From an uncultured Akkermansia sp. (GTDB lineage: Bacteria > Verrucomicrobiota > Kiritimatiellia > RFP12 > UBA1067): a stretch of 58,133 bases of DNA. The stretch is taken from the NCBI GenBank assembly GCA_964567125.1, contig CAZMLC010000003.1, positions 1 through 58,133 of the forward strand, given 5' to 3'. Shown in pieces: positions 15,830 to 25,278 of the stretch. A model generated the notes under the pieces. The model made no database searches and had not been told where the DNA came from. It worked only from the letters and a program-made list of their open reading frames with translations. The position numbers and the translations under genes are program-made. Each line of letters opens with the position of its first letter. Within the stretch, counting starts at the first letter, position 1.

Positions 15830-17062
15830 ATGCGATTAACTGTGTATGCCGCTCTGTTTGGCGCGTTGACCGCGTGCGCGCAAACCAACACCGCGGTTGA
15901 AGCGCTCTGGAACACGCTCCCCACGCTCACGTTCTCCAACGGCCTTGCGGCCTTCTGGGATGTCGGCGGACGCGACAAGGAGGCGCATATGCGCTGCGCC
16001 GCGGCACATGGTTTCAAAACTGTCGGTCTGCTGAACACCTATACGGATTATATCGGCAAGAAGAAGGAGTCGATCCACCCGGATCCGCGCAATCCCTGGA
16101 AAAAACCGCCTTTCTTCGAGAAAATCGTCAGCCGCAACAGCGCGCAGATCGCAGCTGACCGCGATCTCTTTGTCCACGACATTGAATTCCATTTTGAGGA
16201 GAAGCTGGAACCGCTGTGGCAGGATCACGAGCTCCGCGCCGCGTCGGGCGCAACGACTTTTGACGCGTTTCAGGAGGCCTATTACCAAGCATGGGCCACC
16301 TGGTTTACCGAGCCGTGCATCTGGGCCAGGAAGCTGCGGCCCTCCATGGCCATCGGTATTTACGGGCCCCAGCCCTTCCGCCGCGATTACTGGGGCGTTG
16401 CCGGCAAACACGCGCAGCAGATTGACGGCACACACACGACGGATGCGCAGCTTTACCGCCACATCGCACCGCATGTGGATTTCTGCATCGCCAGTATCTA
16501 TTGCTTTTACGACACGCCGGGGTCGGTCTACTACATGGCCGCAAATGTCGAAGAAAATGCGCAGCGCATGGCGGCCTACACCCCGAAGAAACCGGTCTAC
16601 GCCTATACCTGGCTGCGCTATCACGACAGCAACAAGAAACTCGCGGGACAGGAGCTCGCGCCCTATCTCGTCGAGGCCATGGCGATCCTGCCTTATTTCT
16701 GCCAGGCCAAGGGTGTCGTGCTGTGGGGCTGGGAGCCCAAGACCGGGCCAACCTATACTAACCTGCCGCTCTTTATGAAAAGCCTTGAACGCATCGCCAG
16801 GATCGCCGCGCCGCTCAGCATCGCAACGCCGGACAATGCCGAGCCGGTTCACGTCCTCTGGAAAGAAAAACGTCCCATCGTGCGCACGATGCGCGTCTCT
16901 GACACCGAAAGCTACATTGCCGCCGTCGATCCGAATCAAGCGGAGAACGCCTCATCGACAGTGGCGTTCACCTGCAAGAGCAAGCCCTATACCGCGACGC
17001 TGCACGGCAAACACGTTGCGCTGTTCCGGCTCGCGGACGGCGTTCTCACGGAGCTGCCCTAA
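15830..17062 (+). CDS. Secreted GH56-like (animal-type hyaluronidase family) glycoside hydrolase homologue
   Basis: Signal peptide MRLTVYAALFGALTACAQ. Ordered matches to GH56 blocks as I recall them from bee-venom and PH-20 hyaluronidases: LWNTLP (YWNVPT), VHDIEFHF (VIDFESWRP, the D-x-E catalytic motif; D-I-E at 16178-16186), RKLRPSMAIGIYGPQP (KRMRPAANWGYYAYP), CIASIYC (LLPSVYL), KPVYAYTWLRYHD (VLPYYWYKYQD), AKGVVLWGWE (ADGFIIWGS). Confidence 0.6.
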   Translation: MRLTVYAALFGALTACAQTNTAVEALWNTLPTLTFSNGLAAFWDVGGRDKEAHMRCAAAHGFKTVGLLNTYTDYIGKKKESIHPDPRNPWKKPPFFEKIVSRNSAQIAADRDLFVHDIEFHFEEKLEPLWQDHELRAASGATTFDAFQEAYYQAWATWFTEPCIWARKLRPSMAIGIYGPQPFRRDYWGVAGKHAQQIDGTHTTDAQLYRHIAPHVDFCIASIYCFYDTPGSVYYMAANVEENAQRMAAYTPKKPVYAYTWLRYHDSNKKLAGQELAPYLVEAMAILPYFCQAKGVVLWGWEPKTGPTYTNLPLFMKSLERIARIAAPLSIATPDNAEPVHVLWKEKRPIVRTMRVSDTESYIAAVDPNQAENASSTVAFTCKSKPYTATLHGKHVALFRLADGVLTELP

Positions 17063-17070
17063 TCCGGCAA

Positions 17071-17544
17071 CTACATCTCGACTTCGGCGGTCTGCTCCGC
17101 GTTGCGCGGCACGATCAAGACCGGACACAATGCTTTGCGCGCGACCTTGCCGGCCACATTGCCCAGCAGCCACTGCGCAATCGAGTTCTGGCCCTGGCGG
17201 CCGACCACAATCAAGTCGACCTTCTCCGCCTTGGCAAAGGCGAGAATTTCAGGCGCGGCATCGCCGATACGGAACTCGACGCGGAAGGGTATCCCTGCCG
17301 GAATCTGCGCGCGGTAATCCGTCTCGATCCGCGCATCGATATCCGCCCGCGCCTTGGCATCCATATCGCCGACTTCGTAGATGTACCCCTTCCAGAACTG
17401 GGCATCCGGCTCAGGAATCACATGCAGCAGGATGAGCTCAGCGCCAGAATTGCGCCGCGCTGCGCGCAATGCGAAAAGAAAGGCCCGCTGCGCATTCTCC
17501 GAAAAATCAGTGCAGAATAATATCTTGGAGTAATTGGTATCCAT
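17071..17544 (-). CDS. Universal stress protein (UspA family)
   Basis: ILFCTDFSENA...LILLHV...DLIVVGRQGQNSIAQWLLGNVAGKVARKALCPVLIV (ATP-binding G-2x-G-9x-G(S/T)-like motif). Confidence 0.88.
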   Translation of the reverse strand: MDTNYSKILFCTDFSENAQRAFLFALRAARRNSGAELILLHVIPEPDAQFWKGYIYEVGDMDAKARADIDARIETDYRAQIPAGIPFRVEFRIGDAAPEILAFAKAEKVDLIVVGRQGQNSIAQWLLGNVAGKVARKALCPVLIVPRNAEQTAEVEM

Positions 17545-17568
17545 GGCCTCGCTCCTTTCTGTTATCTG

Positions 17569-18870
17569 TTAATGGACAATGGTCGGTAACCACGTCGCAA
17601 TGCATGGGAAGAGAATCAGCAGTACGCACGTCAAAATCATGGCGACCAAAAAGGGCAGGGCGCCGCGAAAGACCGTCGGCAGCGGAATGCTCCGGTCAAT
17701 GCCGCTGACCACGTAGGCATTCACACCCACTGGCGGCGTAATCACGCCCATCTGCGTCACCACCACGATGATCACGCCAAACCAAATGGGATTATAGCCC
17801 ATTTTCAAAATCACAGGATAAAAAATCGGAATCGTCAAAAGCACCAAGGCCAGCGCATCGATGAAACAACCCGCCAGAATAAAGAAGGCGATAATCACGA
17901 GCAGAATCGCCCACGATGGCAACGGCAGACTGGTCAACCATGCGGCAAACTGCATGGGCAATCCTGTCACGGCCAGAAAATGGCCAAACACCGTGGCCCC
18001 GGCAACAATGATCAAGACCATGCACGAGGTCCGCAGTGTCTCCTGCGAGGCCAGCCACACCTGCTTCAGCGAACAATTACCCCCTAAGAAGGCGATTGCA
18101 ATACTGCCAACAGCACCGACCGCAGCGCCCTCCGTCGGCGTAAACCAGCCCACGAACATCCCGCCCATCACAAAGACGAAGAGGATAAGCGTCTCCAGCA
18201 CGCCGTTCAGCGACCGGAATCGCTCCCCCCACGATGTCGGCATCGCGCACGGGGCAAGCTCAGGATGGCGCCAGCATTTGAAGGCGATCATGAAACAAAA
18301 GAGAAACGCCATCAGAACGCCGGGCAGAATGCCGGCAATGAAAAGCTTACCGATCGACTGTTCCGTGAGGATGCCGTAGACGATGAAGACCACGCTCGGT
18401 GGGATCAGCATCCCCAGACTTCCGCCCGCGGCAACCGTGCCGCCGGCCAAGGCCATGTCGTATTTGTATCGCTTCATCTCCGGCAACGCCACCGCAGCCA
18501 TGGTCGCCGCGGTCGCAGGCCCCGATCCGCAGATCGCGCCGAACGCCGCGCAGGCGCCCACGGTCGCCATGGCTAATCCGCCGCGCAACGAGGAGGTCCA
18601 CGCGTGCGCTGCGGCAAAGAGGCGCTTGCTGATGCCCGCATGAAATGCGATCTGCCCCATCAGCACGAAGAGCGGAATCACGGTTAAATTATAATTGGCG
18701 AAAACATCAAAAACATCCGCGGATAAGATCGCCAGCGAAGCCTTCCACGAGGTGATCAGCGCAAAACCGATCACACCCACAATTGCCATGCTCAGCCCAA
18801 CGGGCATGCTGCAGGCCAACAAGAAGACCAACGCCAGGCAGCCGACAACACCAATCGTAAACGGGGTCAT
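17569..18870 (-). CDS. dctM: TRAP transporter large permease subunit (DctM family)
   Basis: 433-aa polytopic membrane protein of typical DctM length and composition. Overlaps dctQ by 4 nt (ATGA). Confidence 0.9.
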   Translation of the reverse strand: MTPFTIGVVGCLALVFLLACSMPVGLSMAIVGVIGFALITSWKASLAILSADVFDVFANYNLTVIPLFVLMGQIAFHAGISKRLFAAAHAWTSSLRGGLAMATVGACAAFGAICGSGPATAATMAAVALPEMKRYKYDMALAGGTVAAGGSLGMLIPPSVVFIVYGILTEQSIGKLFIAGILPGVLMAFLFCFMIAFKCWRHPELAPCAMPTSWGERFRSLNGVLETLILFVFVMGGMFVGWFTPTEGAAVGAVGSIAIAFLGGNCSLKQVWLASQETLRTSCMVLIIVAGATVFGHFLAVTGLPMQFAAWLTSLPLPSWAILLVIIAFFILAGCFIDALALVLLTIPIFYPVILKMGYNPIWFGVIIVVVTQMGVITPPVGVNAYVVSGIDRSIPLPTVFRGALPFLVAMILTCVLLILFPCIATWLPTIVH

Positions 18871-19373
18871 TGTTTAATCAACTCCTTCCTGGGATGCACC
18901 AGATGAAACACCACAATGAGCGCGGTCACGGCAAAAGCAAAAGCCATCACCCACGGCACCCAGAAAAGCGGAATCTCGAGCGTCGCGCTCACTTCGCCGC
19001 TCCGCAAAAAACGCAAGCCATACCGCAGACACCCGAACGCCGCCGCGCAGAAGCCGACAATCATCATGATCCGCATCACGGCATCCACAATCGCGCGCCA
19101 CAGGCGACTCATCCGATGGAAGAAATATTCAATCGCCACGTGTCCCTTCAACGCCGTGGTCAGCGGTAAAGCGCACGCCACAGCGAGAACGCCCGTAATG
19201 CGGACAATATCATAGGCGCCCTTTTGCGGATAACCGATAAGCCGCAAAATAATATCGAAGCAGGTTACCAGCGCCATGGTCAGCAACGCAAGGCTGGCGA
19301 TTCCCGTCATGAGATGCGTCAGCACAACGATTCCTTGCCAAAAGGGACCGTGTTCGACTTTCTTCAGTGTCAT
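18867..19373 (-). CDS. dctQ: TRAP transporter small permease subunit (DctQ family)
   Basis: 168 aa with 4 TM segments, located between dctP and dctM. Confidence 0.85.
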   Translation of the reverse strand: MTLKKVEHGPFWQGIVVLTHLMTGIASLALLTMALVTCFDIILRLIGYPQKGAYDIVRITGVLAVACALPLTTALKGHVAIEYFFHRMSRLWRAIVDAVMRIMMIVGFCAAAFGCLRYGLRFLRSGEVSATLEIPLFWVPWVMAFAFAVTALIVVFHLVHPRKELIKQ

Positions 19374-20429
19374 CTACTTTTGAACCTCCTGCAAATACGC
19401 GTTCAAATCGCGCAAGAAATCTTCGCCTGGAAGGCCTTTCTGCTGTGTTTTCTTTACGTAATCGTCCAAAACAGGTTGTGTACTCGCTCTCCATTTAGCC
19501 TGCTCCTCCGCGCTGAGCGGAAGCACCTTCCGCTCATCTCCCAACCCGAGAAAATAGGTGCGTGCACGCGTATCAGCCTCGTCCCAGACGTGAGCATGTT
19601 TTTCAATCCATTCCGCACTCACATCCGAGAGGATCTTCTGCAAATTCGCAGGCAGCCCATCCCAGACCTCTTTGTTCATCGTCACGAAAAAGGTCGTGGT
19701 GTAGCCGATGCACCGCGAATCCGTTACCGACGTGACCACCTCGCCCTGCTTCCATCCCTGCAAGGTCTCCATCGGACAGAACGTGGCATCCACCACGCCC
19801 TTCTGCAGCGATTCATACGTATCGCTCTGCGGCATGCTGACTGGCGCGCCGCCAAGGCGTTCAACCAGCTTGGCCGAAAGCCCGGTTGCGCGCACTTTCA
19901 TCCCCTTCACGTCGGACAACGCGGTCACGGGTTTCTTGGAGGCCAGAATGCCGGGGCCGTGCGCATGCAGGTACAGCACGTGCGTATCCGCCATGGCTTT
20001 GGGCTGATACTTCGCATAGAGCCGATTCGCCGCATGTGTGGCGGCGCTGCCCGACGTATACCCCACCGGCAGATCCAGTGCTTCCATCAGCAAGAACCGT
20101 CCGCGCGTATACGCCAAGGCGCTCATCCCGATATCCGAGATACTGTCCACCACGCCCTGATAGCATTGGTCCGCCTTGGTGAGGGCACCGCCGGAAAAAA
20201 TGAGGATTTTTAATCGTCCCTGCGAGCGTTGCATCACTTCCTCCGCCCACGCGCTGGCGAGCTTCGCCTGCGGATGAGTCGGCGGAAAGAAGACGCTGTA
20301 GGTCAGCTTATACACCTCGCGTTCGCCCGCACGCTGGCCACACCCCGCTACAATTCCCGCGAGTGCGAGGCAGGCCAACAGCCTGCCACAGCCTTTTGAA
20401 AACCCTGCCGTATGGAATATCCTGCTCAT
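19374..20429 (-). CDS. dctP: TRAP transporter substrate-binding protein (DctP family), lipoprotein-type signal
   Basis: [14 protein letters not shown] lipobox. DctP-like length and blocks (..LHAHGPGIL.., ..[18 protein letters not shown]..). Directly abuts dctQ. Confidence 0.85.
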   Translation of the reverse strand: MSRIFHTAGFSKGCGRLLACLALAGIVAGCGQRAGEREVYKLTYSVFFPPTHPQAKLASAWAEEVMQRSQGRLKILIFSGGALTKADQCYQGVVDSISDIGMSALAYTRGRFLLMEALDLPVGYTSGSAATHAANRLYAKYQPKAMADTHVLYLHAHGPGILASKKPVTALSDVKGMKVRATGLSAKLVERLGGAPVSMPQSDTYESLQKGVVDATFCPMETLQGWKQGEVVTSVTDSRCIGYTTTFFVTMNKEVWDGLPANLQKILSDVSAEWIEKHAHVWDEADTRARTYFLGLGDERKVLPLSAEEQAKWRASTQPVLDDYVKKTQQKGLPGEDFLRDLNAYLQEVQK

Positions 20430-20437
20430 GTTTTTCC

Positions 20438-23400
20438 TTAAAGGACCGTAACCTTCAACCCTTGCTGGTCAACGGCGAAATCGAAAAATCGCGATTGCGC
20501 ATTCAAGGGATGCGCGGTCAATGTTTCGCGGATCCGCTGCGCAGCGGCAGCGTCCTTGGCGATCATGAAAATAAAGCCGCCACCGCCCGCACCGGGCAGC
20601 AACGTGGCATCGACATCGTCGCGAATCAACTCCAGGACAGCCTCAATCGAGGGATTGGTCGAACCGGCGTCAATGGCCTTTTTCAGCTCCCAGTACTCGG
20701 CGACCCCCGCGGCAAACCCTTGAACATCCTGGGCATCCAGCGCCTCTTTGGTCCGTACCGCACCCTGCTTGAGGCGTTTCACAATCTGATAGGTCTGCGG
20801 CGCACGCGCCAGATAGTTGCCCACCACGTTGTGCAGGATGTTGCGCGCCATCCGCTTCTGCCCGGTAAAATAGAGCAGGCAGCGCTGCTGCAGAATGCTT
20901 CCCGGCGTCATATCAAAGACAGCCCAGCGCAACGCAATGGTCTGATCCGATCCCGGTTGCGTGGAGATCAGCTTCACGCCCGGCAAAATACCGCCCACCT
21001 GATCCTGCCAGCCGCCGCCGGTATTCATGCGCTGTTCAAGAATGGAGGTCATCCGGATGATCCGGTCCGCCTGATAAGGAATGCCCAGCACGCGGTCAAG
21101 GCAGGCCATCACCGCAGCGCCCAGAATCGAACTCGTTCCCAGTCCGGACCCTTTGGGTAGCGCCGAAAAGATCGTCAGATCCAAACCGCCGCCCAATTTG
21201 CGCAGCCAGGCCTTGAGCGATTTCTCCGGGTGCGACGGCACAATGCCGGTCAGGACCAGCGCCGCCTTGGCTAACGCCGCCCAATCGTATGGATCGTGAT
21301 GATCCAGCACATCCTCCGTGGTCGCAATTTCCTGACGCTGTCCCAGGTCAATACTCGACAGGCGGATGGTCCCCGCATTGTTGAGCTTAGCCATAACCTG
21401 AATCGGATAGAGTCCGTTCAGCGTAATCGCCGCATTCAAGACCTGACCGCCCAGCTCGGAACAGATCGGCGGCGTATCCGACCAGCCGCCCGCAAAGTCG
21501 ATGCGCACCGGCGTCGTGACCCAGACCACCTGATCGTGGAGAATCGCGGCGGCGCGCGGCTTTTGCATCGGCACGAAATTGACCGCGACCGATTCAGACA
21601 CCGCCGCAAACGCTTCGCGCAAAAAAGCCTCGGAGGTGGGCGCCACATCGCGCTTCTGCAGATGCCGCTCACGGATCATGGCCATCAGCTTCAGCACGCG
21701 TGCGCGCAACAGCGGTTTCTGCTGCGTCTCGGACTGTACCAGATTGCTCAGCTGCTGCAGCACATCAAAGGCCTCCGCTTCCGTGCGGATCTCGTCGCAC
21801 ACGGTCCGCGCAGAGAGGGCGTCATCGTTCAGCAGGCGATACCGCACCTGCATCACGTTGATCTTGCGGTGGATTTCGCGGCGCACCTCCAGCAGGCGCG
21901 CCTGATTTACGCGCACCACGAGATCGGCAAGGCTGTACCGCGCAGCGCGCTTGGTCGAGGTCCAACCGCCACCGGTTGCGATCTGAAGCGCTTCTGACAA
22001 AACCTCGTTCAGCGGACCGACACGCCAGATGCGCGCGCGCCACAAACCATCCTTCTGTTCGCCCTGCTGCCACATCTGTGAAGCCGTAATATGGTTGCTT
22101 TTCATCCAGTGGGCGATATCGTGGTTGAGAAAATGACACGTGCGCTCCGTACCAAACGGCGTTTTGAAATCATCCTCAAGCCCGTAGACCACCACGCTCC
22201 ACTGGTTCTCCTGAATCGGCAGGCAGACCAAGCCGATTCCCGCAGGCAGAACAACCGCTTCGCGCGCCTCGGCCGGCAGGCCCGTCACAATGTTATCGCC
22301 CATCAATTCCATGCGCGGTCCCGCATAATCAACCGCCTCGATCAAGGCGCGCCCGGTCTGCAGCGACGCTTGAATGCAGCTGTTGAAAATAAAGGACTGT
22401 TCCGCATTGTTGGCATCCTCGATCACCGAAGCGCTGCCGTTTTCAAACGCGTAGGTCTGCGCCGTGCGCGACAAGGTTGAAAAGCCGGTCAAGAGTTCAC
22501 GGCTGCTACCGATATGGAAAAACTCACACGTCGGGACAATATTGACATGAAAAGACAATGTGTGCATGGCCCGATAAAAGGCGCGCAGCCGTTGCAGGTG
22601 CGCGGGTGCATGCTTCCGCTGAACGCCCAGCTGCTGGATATAAGCCTCCTCCGTGATGGAGGGCACCAGCGCCATCATGAACTCTTCATAGAGATCCATG
22701 GAGGGACAGAGCCCTTCCACGACCGCCTGCAGCAAACCGTTCTTTTTCGCACGCGGAACCGCATGATTGAGCAGATGCTGACAGGTCGCGGGATCGAGAC
22801 GGACCAGGCCGGTATCGATGGCGACGCGCCCGAAGGGATCAATGCCGCGATGCGCGGCCACAAGCTCCGCCGAGGGTTTCTGCAGAAAATCGGCAACCGG
22901 CAGACAGACCGTGCGATCCTCGTGCGCATCAAACTGATCGGGGATATAGACACCATGGCGCGCGCCGCGCTCCACAGGTCCGAAATAGGCCACCCCGGTA
23001 ACGCCGGGCTTTGAAAAATCCACCGAGGCGTGATCGAAGGTCAGCAACACATCGCCCGATGTAATCAAGACCTGTCCGCCTTCGGGCTGCGGTACGTTCG
23101 TTACGGTGCGATGAATCAAATCGAACAGCGCCAGCGGCTGCTGATCCGCGCCGCGCGTCGGCACTGGCGTAAAGATTTTGCCCTGCGCCGTGTAGGCCGG
23201 TGTGCGCCGACTGTCACCGCCTGAATGGCAGATGAGGATGTTCTGCCCCTCGAAGCTGTTCTTCCGCGAGAACGCAGCGGGCAGAAGCGTAGTCAATTCG
23301 TTCAATACGTGAATCGTCGCGCCGAATGAACCGACCCGTCGTCCACCCGGATCCGTAAACACAAATACGCGCGTCTGCGGGTCAATCAACCCGTTTTGCT

Positions 23401-23476
23401 GGCGCCACGCCATCTGTACGCGATATCCTTCGGCCTGTGCGGCATTTGCGGCGGTCAAAACAATGACATCAAACAT
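20438..23476 (-). CDS. fkp: Bifunctional L-fucokinase / fucose-1-phosphate guanylyltransferase (Fkp-like)
   Basis: 1012 aa. The N-terminal [18 protein letters not shown]... matches the fucokinase/GDP-fucose pyrophosphorylase family start. C-terminal GHMP kinase motif [17 protein letters not shown]. Confidence 0.85.
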   Translation of the reverse strand: MFDVIVLTAANAAQAEGYRVQMAWRQQNGLIDPQTRVFVFTDPGGRRVGSFGATIHVLNELTTLLPAAFSRKNSFEGQNILICHSGGDSRRTPAYTAQGKIFTPVPTRGADQQPLALFDLIHRTVTNVPQPEGGQVLITSGDVLLTFDHASVDFSKPGVTGVAYFGPVERGARHGVYIPDQFDAHEDRTVCLPVADFLQKPSAELVAAHRGIDPFGRVAIDTGLVRLDPATCQHLLNHAVPRAKKNGLLQAVVEGLCPSMDLYEEFMMALVPSITEEAYIQQLGVQRKHAPAHLQRLRAFYRAMHTLSFHVNIVPTCEFFHIGSSRELLTGFSTLSRTAQTYAFENGSASVIEDANNAEQSFIFNSCIQASLQTGRALIEAVDYAGPRMELMGDNIVTGLPAEAREAVVLPAGIGLVCLPIQENQWSVVVYGLEDDFKTPFGTERTCHFLNHDIAHWMKSNHITASQMWQQGEQKDGLWRARIWRVGPLNEVLSEALQIATGGGWTSTKRAARYSLADLVVRVNQARLLEVRREIHRKINVMQVRYRLLNDDALSARTVCDEIRTEAEAFDVLQQLSNLVQSETQQKPLLRARVLKLMAMIRERHLQKRDVAPTSEAFLREAFAAVSESVAVNFVPMQKPRAAAILHDQVVWVTTPVRIDFAGGWSDTPPICSELGGQVLNAAITLNGLYPIQVMAKLNNAGTIRLSSIDLGQRQEIATTEDVLDHHDPYDWAALAKAALVLTGIVPSHPEKSLKAWLRKLGGGLDLTIFSALPKGSGLGTSSILGAAVMACLDRVLGIPYQADRIIRMTSILEQRMNTGGGWQDQVGGILPGVKLISTQPGSDQTIALRWAVFDMTPGSILQQRCLLYFTGQKRMARNILHNVVGNYLARAPQTYQIVKRLKQGAVRTKEALDAQDVQGFAAGVAEYWELKKAIDAGSTNPSIEAVLELIRDDVDATLLPGAGGGGFIFMIAKDAAAAQRIRETLTAHPLNAQSRFFDFAVDQQGLKVTVL

Positions 23477-23494
23477 GGTTATCCTTTCTGCACA

Positions 23495-23926
23495 TCACGA
23501 TGCGCAAATCACGCCTTTTTTCAAAATAATATTGCCGTATTTCGCCAACTCGCCCGTCATCACGACAGCATACGCCTGCCGCGTGCGTTCGTAAAAGGCA
23601 AACCGCTCAAGCCGCGTCACCGCCGGCACCTGCGCACAGCCCGTCTGCAGCGCGCGAACATAGGCCGCTTCAACCTCGGGATCGAGCGTATCGCCGGGAA
23701 CCGCGGCCATCATGAGCACGGGCGGCGCATAAGCATCGAGTTCGAAAATCGGTATGATCGCCCGCAAAAGATCAGCAATCTTCAGCCCATCCGCACGCAG
23801 CACCCGCGCATTGCACGAGTGCCCGGGGAAATGCGCATCGGCCAAGACGATCTCATCGCCATGGCCCATCTCAGCCAGCACTTTGATCAGCTCCGGCGAT
23901 AATAACGGTGATATTCCCTTTAGCAT
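23495..23926 (-). CDS. fucU: L-fucose mutarotase (FucU/RbsD family)
   Basis: [34 protein letters not shown]... matches the FucU N-terminal signature; 143 aa. Confidence 0.9.
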   Translation of the reverse strand: MLKGISPLLSPELIKVLAEMGHGDEIVLADAHFPGHSCNARVLRADGLKIADLLRAIIPIFELDAYAPPVLMMAAVPGDTLDPEVEAAYVRALQTGCAQVPAVTRLERFAFYERTRQAYAVVMTGELAKYGNIILKKGVICAS

Positions 23927-25278
23927 ACGCCACCTCTTCTCTTATTCACTAACGTCCAAAATCCATACCAGGCAATCACAACAAAGCAGATCAGCGGCAG
24001 CACGAAAGAGAGGCGCATACTGGAGAGTGCAACGGTGCCGAACGAAACAGCCGGCTGATCCATGATCCACCCCTGCATCGGTGGCATCAGACATCCACCG
24101 CCAATGGCCATGATCAATCCTGCTGCGCCCAGTTTGGCATCCTGACCTAACCCGTTCAGCGAAATGCCGTAAATCGTCGGGAACATCAGCGACATCACGG
24201 CGGAAGCCGCCACCAGACAGTAGAGCCCGCTGATCCCCGGCAGAGCGATCACGCCGGCAATCAGGGCGAAGCCCACGCTGGCCAAGGTCGCCAGCAAGGT
24301 CCCTGGACAAACGAAGCGCAGCATAAAGGTGCAGATGAAGCGGCTCGTGACAAAAAGCACCATGGCCACCATGTTGTAGGATTGCGCAGTGGCCTTGCTC
24401 ATGCCCAATTCCGTTTCCGCATATTGGATGATGAAGGTCCAGCACATGATCTGCACGCCCACGTAGAAGGTCTGCGCAACAACGCCGGCCATATACCGCT
24501 TGTTTCTGAACAGCCGCTTCAGCGTCGGAAGCACCGTCAAATCATGGTCGTCATCGTCGTCCATCCGCGGCAGGCGCGCCAGCGCGAAGAAGACGAAAAA
24601 GAGGAGAACCACCAAGCCCAGCAAGGCATAGGGGCCGATGATCACCGACAGATCATTCGACGCGATCTTATGGAACGCATCGGGATCCGCGACCTTCAGT
24701 AGGCGGCGCTGTGCTTCGCTCGTGGGGTCGAGCCGGCACAGAATCATGTCGCGCGCAATCAGCATGCCCATCAGCGAACCCATGGGATTAAAGGCCTGGG
24801 CCAGATTCAACCGCCGCGTCGCGGTTTCCTGATCGCCCATGGAAAGAATGTAGGGGTTTGCGCTGGTTTCGAGAAAGGAGAGGCCGCACGTCATCACAAA
24901 GTAGGCCAGCAGAAAGGCGGAGAAGGCCATCGCCCAGCCTGCGGGGATAAACAAGAGGCATCCCGCAGCATAGAGCCCAAGACCCAGCAAGATACCGGTC
25001 TTATACGAGAAGCGCTTGATAAACAGCGCGGCAGGAAAAGCCATCACGCAATAACCTCCATAAAAGGCAAATTGCACCAGCGAACTCTCAAAGTTGCTGA
25101 TCAGCAAAATGTTTTTGAAGGCAGCCACCATGGGACTGGTAATGTCATGGGCAAAGCCCCACAGTGCGAACAGTAACGTAACTAATGCAAAGGCGATTCC
25201 GCGCCCGACCGGTATTAATGCTTTTTTACTCACCCGTTTTATTCCGTAATCACACACGTTTTCTGCGCGGCTCCACAT
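23920..25278 (-). CDS. fucP: L-fucose:H+ symporter permease (MFS, FucP family)
   Basis: Close block similarity to E. coli FucP as recalled (..[52 protein letters not shown]..). The start is uncertain: ATG 25278 overlaps GH31 by 40 nt, while GTG 25233 lies 5 nt after the GH31 stop. The ORF-track start is 25320. Confidence 0.88.
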   Translation of the reverse strand: MWSRAENVCDYGIKRVSKKALIPVGRGIAFALVTLLFALWGFAHDITSPMVAAFKNILLISNFESSLVQFAFYGGYCVMAFPAALFIKRFSYKTGILLGLGLYAAGCLLFIPAGWAMAFSAFLLAYFVMTCGLSFLETSANPYILSMGDQETATRRLNLAQAFNPMGSLMGMLIARDMILCRLDPTSEAQRRLLKVADPDAFHKIASNDLSVIIGPYALLGLVVLLFFVFFALARLPRMDDDDDHDLTVLPTLKRLFRNKRYMAGVVAQTFYVGVQIMCWTFIIQYAETELGMSKATAQSYNMVAMVLFVTSRFICTFMLRFVCPGTLLATLASVGFALIAGVIALPGISGLYCLVAASAVMSLMFPTIYGISLNGLGQDAKLGAAGLIMAIGGGCLMPPMQGWIMDQPAVSFGTVALSSMRLSFVLPLICFVVIAWYGFWTLVNKRRGGVC

